This document shows, piece by piece, positions 34,435-40,119 of a DNA stretch of 40,119 nt; position 1 is the stretch's first letter; each line of letters begins with the position of its first letter. The position numbers and the translations under genes were made by a program. Below the pieces are notes generated by a model, which was not told where the DNA came from, made no database searches, and saw nothing but the letters and a program-made list of their open reading frames with translations. The DNA is taken from contig DASSXV010000086.1 of assembly GCA_035703635.1 (NCBI GenBank), positions 1-40,119 of the forward strand. Reading direction: 5' to 3'. The DNA comes from Trueperaceae bacterium. Its GTDB lineage: Bacteria > Deinococcota > Deinococci > Deinococcales > Trueperaceae.

Positions 34435-36444
34435 ATGTGCGGCATCGCCGGAATCTACGACCACGCTGATCCAGCCGGTCTCCGCGACCTCCTCCTAACC
34501 ATGGCGGGTGAACTCGCGCACCGCGGGCCAGACGGCGTCGGCCTTTACCTAGACGGCTCGTTCGGCATGGTGAACACGCGCCTGTCGATCATCGACTTGG
34601 CGGGTGGCGACCAGCCGCTCAGCAACGAGGACGGCCGTTATTGGGTCATGCAGAACGGCGAGATCTATAACTACCCGGAGCTGATGAGCGAGCTGGAGGG
34701 CTTGGGTCACCGGTTCCGCACGCGCTCGGACACGGAAGTCATCGTGCACGCTTTCGAGGAGTGGGGCGAGGGTTGCCTCAATCGGCTCAACGGGGAGTTC
34801 GCGTTGGCGGTCTACGACCGCCACACGAAGCGCCTCTTCCTCGCGCGCGACCGCTTTGGCATCAGGCCGTTGTTCGTGGCGGAGTTCGGGGGCGAGTACG
34901 TTTTCGCTTCCGAGGCGAAGGCGTTGCTGCGCCACCCGCGGTCGCGCCGCGAGCTCGACCCGTTCGCGTTGGTCGAGACCTTCACCATCTGGGCGGTGCA
35001 ACCGGACCGCAGCGCGTTCCCTGGTATCAGGGAGCTGCCTGCGGGGCACTTCGTGTGGGTGGGACCCAAGGGGCCCGAGGCGCCGGTGCGGTGGTGGGAT
35101 ATCGGCTTCGGGCCGCGCGAGGGTGTGCGTCAGGGCTCCGTCGACGAGCTGAAGGAGGAACTCCTCAGCCTGTTGGACGATGCGACGCGTATAAGGCTCC
35201 GCGCAGACGTGCCCGTCGGCGTTTACTTGAGCGGCGGCCTCGATTCGAGCGCCACGACGGCGTTGGCGCGCAGGCATTCGCGCGGGCCGCTCGAGGCGTT
35301 CAGCGTGACGTTCGAGGACCCGCGCTTCGACGAGGCGCCGTTCCAGCAGCGCATGGCCGCAGAGTTGGGCGTCAACCTGCGAACGGTCAGGGTGTCGGAC
35401 GCAGACGTGGCGGCGGTCTTCCCCGAAGTGATCCTGCACGCCGAGAAACCCATGCTGCGCACAGCGCCCGGGCCGCTGCTGCTCCTGTCGCGCTTCGTGC
35501 GCACCTCCGGTTTCAAGGTCGTGCTCACGGGTGAGGGCTCCGACGAGCTTCTCGGCGGCTACAACATCTTTCAAGAGGCCATGGTGAGGCGTTTCTGGGC
35601 GCGGCAACCAGGGTCGCGCTTGCGGCCGCGCCTCCTCGGCAAGCTCTACCCCTACTTGTCGCGCGACTTGCAGCAGGGTGGCGGGTTCATGGCGGAGTTC
35701 TTCAAGGCCGGCATGCTCGAGCTGAACGACCCGCTCTACTCTCACCGCCCGCGCTTCCGCACCACGGCGCGCAACCTGCGCTTCTTGGCCCCCGACACGC
35801 TGGCCACGACGATAACGGTCGGCGACCCGGAGGCGCGCGTCGTTGCCCGTCTTCCGGAGGGGTTCCAACGCATGGGCCCGCTTGGGCAGGCCCAGTACCT
35901 CGAGATAAGTACGTTCCTCACGGGTTTCCTGCTGCATTCGCAGGGCGACCGCATGCTCATGGCCAACTCGGTCGAGGGGCGCTTCCCGTTCCTCGACGTG
36001 AACGTCGCCGAGTTCGCCGCCGCGCTGCCAGAGCGCCTCAGGCTGCGCGACCTTCAGGAGAAGTACCTCCTGCGCAAGTCTCTCGCCAACGTCCTGCCAG
36101 ACGACATAAACAAGCGGCCGAAGCGCCCGTACCGCGCTCCGATCCTACGGGCGTTCTTCGGGCCCGGGGCGCCGGATTACGTGCGCGACCTCCTCGCACC
36201 CGAGCGCGTTGCGGCCAGCGGGCTGTTCAAAACCGCTCACGTCGTCAAGCTCGCCGAGAAGGCACGGCGTTACGCGGACGTCGGCTTCAGCGAGAGTGAC
36301 GAGATGGGACTGGTGGGCGTACTCTCCACCATGCTGCTGCACGAGCAGTTGGTGAGGAACCCGACGCTCGCCGCGCCAGCCGTGGCCACGCGCGTGGTCG
36401 AGGGTGACCATGCGACCGCCGTTGGTCCAGTAAGGGTCTCGTGA
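34435..36444 (+). CDS. asnB: Asparagine synthase-family amidotransferase (second copy, ACP-module associated)
   Basis: MCGIAG start, HRGPDG, RLSIIDL, QNGEIYNY, ARDRFGIRPL, YLSGGLDSS, VLTGEGSDE and DRMLMANSVEGRFPFLD. Confidence 0.9.
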   Translation: MCGIAGIYDHADPAGLRDLLLTMAGELAHRGPDGVGLYLDGSFGMVNTRLSIIDLAGGDQPLSNEDGRYWVMQNGEIYNYPELMSELEGLGHRFRTRSDTEVIVHAFEEWGEGCLNRLNGEFALAVYDRHTKRLFLARDRFGIRPLFVAEFGGEYVFASEAKALLRHPRSRRELDPFALVETFTIWAVQPDRSAFPGIRELPAGHFVWVGPKGPEAPVRWWDIGFGPREGVRQGSVDELKEELLSLLDDATRIRLRADVPVGVYLSGGLDSSATTALARRHSRGPLEAFSVTFEDPRFDEAPFQQRMAAELGVNLRTVRVSDADVAAVFPEVILHAEKPMLRTAPGPLLLLSRFVRTSGFKVVLTGEGSDELLGGYNIFQEAMVRRFWARQPGSRLRPRLLGKLYPYLSRDLQQGGGFMAEFFKAGMLELNDPLYSHRPRFRTTARNLRFLAPDTLATTITVGDPEARVVARLPEGFQRMGPLGQAQYLEISTFLTGFLLHSQGDRMLMANSVEGRFPFLDVNVAEFAAALPERLRLRDLQEKYLLRKSLANVLPDDINKRPKRPYRAPILRAFFGPGAPDYVRDLLAPERVAASGLFKTAHVVKLAEKARRYADVGFSESDEMGLVGVLSTMLLHEQLVRNPTLAAPAVATRVVEGDHATAVGPVRVS

Positions 36445-36512
36445 GCGCCGCCAGCTAGACTTTGAGTGCGAACTACGAGCAGAGTTCAAGTGAGACAGGA
36501 AAGGCACGACAG

Positions 36513-38096
36513 ATGGTTCGAAAGTACGCGAGGCTGCTCCAGGACAGTCTGACGCTCAGCGCTGCGGCGAACGCTGACAAGATCGCCGTGATCACGGCGG
36601 ACGAGCGCGTAGCCTACCGCGAGTTGCATGAGCGCTCGTTGCGGTTCGCCGCGCTACTGCAGGCGAGTGGCGTCAAGCGCGGCGACCGCGTGGCCGTGTT
36701 CCTCGAGAACTCCGTCGACACCGTCGTCGGCGTGTACGGCGCCCTTTACGCCGGCGCCGCGTTCATCGTCGTCAACCCGCAGACCAAGGAAGACAAGCTC
36801 CATTACGTGCTGGCGGACTCTGGCGCGGCCGCGGTGCTTAGCGAGGGGCGCCTGGCGCGCGCCGTCGCTAACCTCATGGCGGCCGCCGACACGGTGCTGC
36901 CGCACCTGAAGGCGCTAGTGCACGCTAGCGGCGCCGTGGGTAGCGAACCGCCAGCGGTTGGCGCGCCGGCGGATTACGCCGAGCGGACGTTGGCCGCCGC
37001 CACCTCCACCGACGTTTCGGCTCCCGGCACCATCCCGCTCGACCTCGCGGCCCTCGTTTACACCTCGGGCAGCACGGGTAACCCCAAGGGCGTCATGCTC
37101 AGCCACCAGAACATGGTGTTCGCGCAGGGCAGCCTCGTCGAGTACTTGCGCCTAGACGAGAGCGACAGGATCCTCAATCTCCTGCCGCTGGCGTTCGATT
37201 ACGGCCTCTATCAGGCGCTCATGACCGTCCACTTGGGCGCGACGTTGGTGCTGGAGCGCACCTTCGCGTTCCCGGCGGCCATCGTCAAGCGCGTGGTCGA
37301 GGAGGGGGTCACGGTCTTCCCCGGCGTGCCAACGGTGTTCGCCACGCTGCTCGCCCTCCACCGCAACACCCCCGTCGCCATGCCGACCGTGCGGCGCTTC
37401 ACGAACACCGCCGCGCACCTGCCAGACGAGTACGTGCCTGGCCTGCTCGCGATGAGCCCAGGCGCCCTCATCTACAAGATGTACGGCCTCACGGAGTGCA
37501 AGCGCGTGTGCTACCTCGAGCCGGAGCTGGTGCTCAGCAAGCCGTCATCAGTCGGCAAGGCCATCCCTGGCACCGAGACGTACCTGCTTGGCGAGGACGG
37601 GGAGCCGACGCCGGCTGGCGAGACGGGCACGCTCTACGTCCGCGGCCCGCACGTCATGCTGGGCTACTGGAACCTCCCTGCCGAGACGCAGCACATGCTC
37701 AAACCAGGCAAGTATCCGGGTGAGCGCGTGCTATGCACCCACGACTTCTTCCGCGTCGACGAAGACGGCTGCCTCTACTTCATGGGCCGCTCGGACGACA
37801 TCATCAAGAGCCGCGGCGAGAAGGTCAGCCCCGTCGAGGTCGAGAACGCACTGGCGGCGGTGCCAGGCGTGCGCGAGGTGGCCGTCATCGGCGTGCCTGA
37901 CGAGCTCATGGGTCAAGCCGTGCGCGCCTTCGTCGTCCTCGACACTGGCGTCGCCTTCACCGAGCAGGCTTTCAAGCGCGAGGCCATGGCGCGCCTCGAG
38001 GGCTTCATGGTCCCGCGCGACGTGCGCTTCGTGGACGACCTCCCCAGGACCGCCACCGGTAAGGTACGCAAGAAGAGCCTCGTCGAGCGGGAGTGA
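36513..38096 (+). CDS. Class I adenylate-forming (acyl-ACP/CoA ligase-like) enzyme
   Basis: YTSGSTGNPKG (A3), MYGLTE (A5), GRSDDIIKSRGEKVSPVEVE (A8) and LPRTATGKVRK (A10). ATG at 36513 follows AGGAAAGG. Confidence 0.92.
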   Translation: MVRKYARLLQDSLTLSAAANADKIAVITADERVAYRELHERSLRFAALLQASGVKRGDRVAVFLENSVDTVVGVYGALYAGAAFIVVNPQTKEDKLHYVLADSGAAAVLSEGRLARAVANLMAAADTVLPHLKALVHASGAVGSEPPAVGAPADYAERTLAAATSTDVSAPGTIPLDLAALVYTSGSTGNPKGVMLSHQNMVFAQGSLVEYLRLDESDRILNLLPLAFDYGLYQALMTVHLGATLVLERTFAFPAAIVKRVVEEGVTVFPGVPTVFATLLALHRNTPVAMPTVRRFTNTAAHLPDEYVPGLLAMSPGALIYKMYGLTECKRVCYLEPELVLSKPSSVGKAIPGTETYLLGEDGEPTPAGETGTLYVRGPHVMLGYWNLPAETQHMLKPGKYPGERVLCTHDFFRVDEDGCLYFMGRSDDIIKSRGEKVSPVEVENALAAVPGVREVAVIGVPDELMGQAVRAFVVLDTGVAFTEQAFKREAMARLEGFMVPRDVRFVDDLPRTATGKVRKKSLVERE

Positions 38097-38156
38097 ACCC
38101 CGCGGGGCGCGAACTAGCCGCAGCCCACGGCACCGCACATAAGGAGCAACAGAGAG

Positions 38157-38441
38157 ATGACACTTAACACCATAGACACCGCCACCATCGACCAAGACGT
38201 GCGCCAGTTCCTAGCTGACAACTTCATCCTCGATGACGGCGGGACTGGGCTCGGCGCGGACGACTCCCTCACGCAGGCAGGGGTGCTCGACTCAATGGGC
38301 GTCCTCGAGCTGATCATGTTCGTCCAGGAGCGCTTCGGCGTGAGCATCCCTGACGAGGACACGCTTCCGGAGAACCTCGACAGCGTCTCGCGCATCGTCA
38401 ACTACATCAGCAAGCGTCTGGCGGCAGAAGCGCGTGGCTGA
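38157..38441 (+). CDS. Acyl carrier protein
   Basis: Small acidic protein with a GVLDSMG phosphopantetheine site, FGVSIPDED..PENLDS, and a TAAGGAG RBS. Confidence 0.92.
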   Translation: MTLNTIDTATIDQDVRQFLADNFILDDGGTGLGADDSLTQAGVLDSMGVLELIMFVQERFGVSIPDEDTLPENLDSVSRIVNYISKRLAAEARG

Positions 38442-39432
38442 GGGGTTCGGCCCTCACGTCCTTCGGCTGCCAGACCCGGAGGCGAGCATCGAGGCCATCG
38501 CCGCGGGCATGCGCCGCGAGGTGCGCGCCTTCAGGCGCAAGGGTGGAGTGCTCGGCTTGTCCGGCGGCATCGACTCGAGCGTGGTGGCGGCTCTCGCCGC
38601 CCGCGCGTTCGGGCCGAAGAACGTGCTCGGGGTCCTCATGCCGGAGGCCGACTCGTCCGCCGACACCCTCATGCTCAGCCGCCTAGCCGCAGAGGGCGCC
38701 GGCATAGGCACCGTGCTGGAGGAGATAACGCCCATACTGGACGCCGTCGGTTGTTACCGCCGCCGCGATGAGGCGTTCAAGCGCGTGATCCCGGACTACG
38801 GCCCCGGCTGGAAGGCGAAGATCGTGCTGCCGAGCGTCATCGACTCTGACGCCTTCCGCATCTTCTCCGTCGTTGCGCAGGCGCCAGACGGCACCACCTT
38901 CAAGGAGCGCTTGCCGCTCGAGGAGTACCTGCAGGTCGTCGCCGCCACTAACTTCAAGCAGCGCACCCGCAAGATGCTCGAGTACTATCACGCGGACCGC
39001 CTAAACTACGCGGTGCTCGGCACCCCGAACCGCCTCGAGTACGACCAGGGGTTCTTCGTCAAGAACGGCGACGGCGCTGCAGACATCAAGCCCATCGCGC
39101 ACCTCTACAAGTCGCAGGTCTACCAACTAGCCGAGGCGCTGGGGGTGCCAGCCGAGATCCGGTCGCGGCCACCGACCACGGACACGTACTCCATGCCGCA
39201 AAGCCAGGAGGAGTTCTACTTCTCGCTGCCGTACGACAAGATGGACCTGTGCCTCTACGCCGTCGACAACGGGATCTCTGCTGCCGTGGTGGCCGACAGT
39301 CTGGGCCTGACGCAGGAGCAGATCGAGCGCGTGTTCCAAGACATCGCTGGTAAACGCCGCGTTAGCCAGTACTTGCACGCCGCACCGCGCCTCGTCGTTG
39401 GCGACGGCCAGGGCCCGAGCGGCGCGGCCTGA
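38434..39432 (+). CDS. nadE: NH3-dependent NAD(+) synthetase-like protein (probably a specialised paralogue)
   Basis: GLSGGIDSS PP-loop, NFKQRTRK, GTPNRLE..QGFFVKNGDG..DIKPIAHLYKSQVY and PPTTD. No glutaminase domain. GTG start overlaps the ACP gene. Confidence 0.8.
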   Translation: MAEGFGPHVLRLPDPEASIEAIAAGMRREVRAFRRKGGVLGLSGGIDSSVVAALAARAFGPKNVLGVLMPEADSSADTLMLSRLAAEGAGIGTVLEEITPILDAVGCYRRRDEAFKRVIPDYGPGWKAKIVLPSVIDSDAFRIFSVVAQAPDGTTFKERLPLEEYLQVVAATNFKQRTRKMLEYYHADRLNYAVLGTPNRLEYDQGFFVKNGDGAADIKPIAHLYKSQVYQLAEALGVPAEIRSRPPTTDTYSMPQSQEEFYFSLPYDKMDLCLYAVDNGISAAVVADSLGLTQEQIERVFQDIAGKRRVSQYLHAAPRLVVGDGQGPSGAA

Positions 39433-39439
39433 GGTCCGA

Positions 39440-40119
39440 ATGAAGATCAGAGCCTTCGAACCGGAAGACGTCGCCGCCGTAGCCTCGCTGTGGCAGTACT
39501 GGTTCAAGGACAAGACCCGCACGCCTGACCCTCGGCTCGTGGCGCTCGCCACGCGCATCTACGTCGATGACCCGAACACGGACGGAGAGATCCGCCCACT
39601 AGTCGCGGTCGACGACGCTGGCGCCATGCTCGGCTTCCTCGGTACGAGCGTCACGCCCATCGTGGTCGACGGGCGTGAGGGCAAGCTGGCCGGCGTGTTC
39701 CCGTCCGTCGTCAGCCCGGACGCGCCGACGACCGTGGCGGCCTTCCTCCTCCGCAAGTTCCTCGCCGGACCGCAAGATTTCACCTTCAGCGACGGCGGGC
39801 ACGTGAAGTTCGAACGCATCTGGGAGCTGCTCGGTGGGCGCATCATGCAGTTGCAGTCGCTGCGCTGGGTGAAGCTGCTGCGCCCTGGAGCCGTCGGCCT
39901 CGGGGCGGTAGCGGGGCGCCGCGCCTCCGTGGCGGCGTTGGCGCCCGTCCTGCGGCCCCTCGTCGGTGGCGGCGACCAACTAGCCCGCCGCGCCATGCGC
40001 ACGCGCCTGAGGGCGCCTGCGGGCTCAGGCGACTACGTTACGGAGCCGCTCACCCCGCAGCTGATGGCAAGCGCGGCGCCGGAGCTGCTCGGTAAGGCGC
40101 GGCTGCGCCCCCGTTACCT
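39440..40119 (+). CDS. GNAT-fold acyltransferase-like protein, truncated by the window edge
   Basis: Not in the ORF track. Open frame from ATG 39440 to the end: MKIRAFEPEDVAAVASLW...LVAVDDAGAMLGFLG...LLRKFLAGPQDFTFSDG...RIWELLGG. The start resembles a GNAT N-terminus (IR.....D...V..L). Confidence 0.65.
   Translation, partial: MKIRAFEPEDVAAVASLWQYWFKDKTRTPDPRLVALATRIYVDDPNTDGEIRPLVAVDDAGAMLGFLGTSVTPIVVDGREGKLAGVFPSVVSPDAPTTVAAFLLRKFLAGPQDFTFSDGGHVKFERIWELLGGRIMQLQSLRWVKLLRPGAVGLGAVAGRRASVAALAPVLRPLVGGGDQLARRAMRTRLRAPAGSGDYVTEPLTPQLMASAAPELLGKARLRPRY

Noticed and set aside
34549-35937. 462-aa antisense ORF, and similar long shadow ORFs such as 801-1697(+) and 6290-7315(-)
   Set aside because: They fully overlap well-supported genes, have no recognisable motifs, and are expected from stop-codon scarcity in high-GC DNA.
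1-40119. Mobile elements, CRISPR arrays, tRNA/rRNA, defence systems
   Set aside because: I saw no transposase, integrase, cas or nuclease motifs, no regularly spaced repeats and no tRNA/rRNA-like sequence.

Overview
GC-rich bacterial window, probably Deinococcota/Trueperaceae-like. This is an inference from the c-di-GMP-II riboswitches, leaderless-type starts and many lipobox Ig-domain proteins. The window is devoted almost entirely to surface polysaccharide biology. The left end holds a sugar ABC transporter (ATPase truncated, Tat-exported binding protein), tag and a secreted hypothetical protein. From 4.5 to 13.3 kb lies a Pel/galactosaminogalactan (GAG)-like locus: a GH114 Ega3-like hydrolase converging on an operon of lipoprotein, Agd3/CE18-like deacetylase, PelF GT4, membrane protein and PelA-like hydrolase. 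No pelD/pelE is recognisable, and both converging units start with a cyclic-di-GMP-II riboswitch. From 15.3 to 31.8 kb lies a strand-alternating Wzx/Wzy-type EPS/capsule cluster: a Wzc-like protein with a degenerate kinase, a deacetylase, four GT4s, Wzx, a Wzy/ligase-like protein, AsnB and two inverted PL9-like lyase paralogues, one behind a third c-di-GMP-II riboswitch. Two Ig-like surface lipoproteins bracket this cluster. The right end holds an AsnB - adenylation enzyme - ACP - NadE-like - GNAT carrier-protein module. The most notable signals are the three riboswitches wiring c-di-GMP to a fungal-GAG-like polysaccharide system, and the ACP-based amidation/acylation module. All family calls come from motif recognition by eye; no database searches were run.
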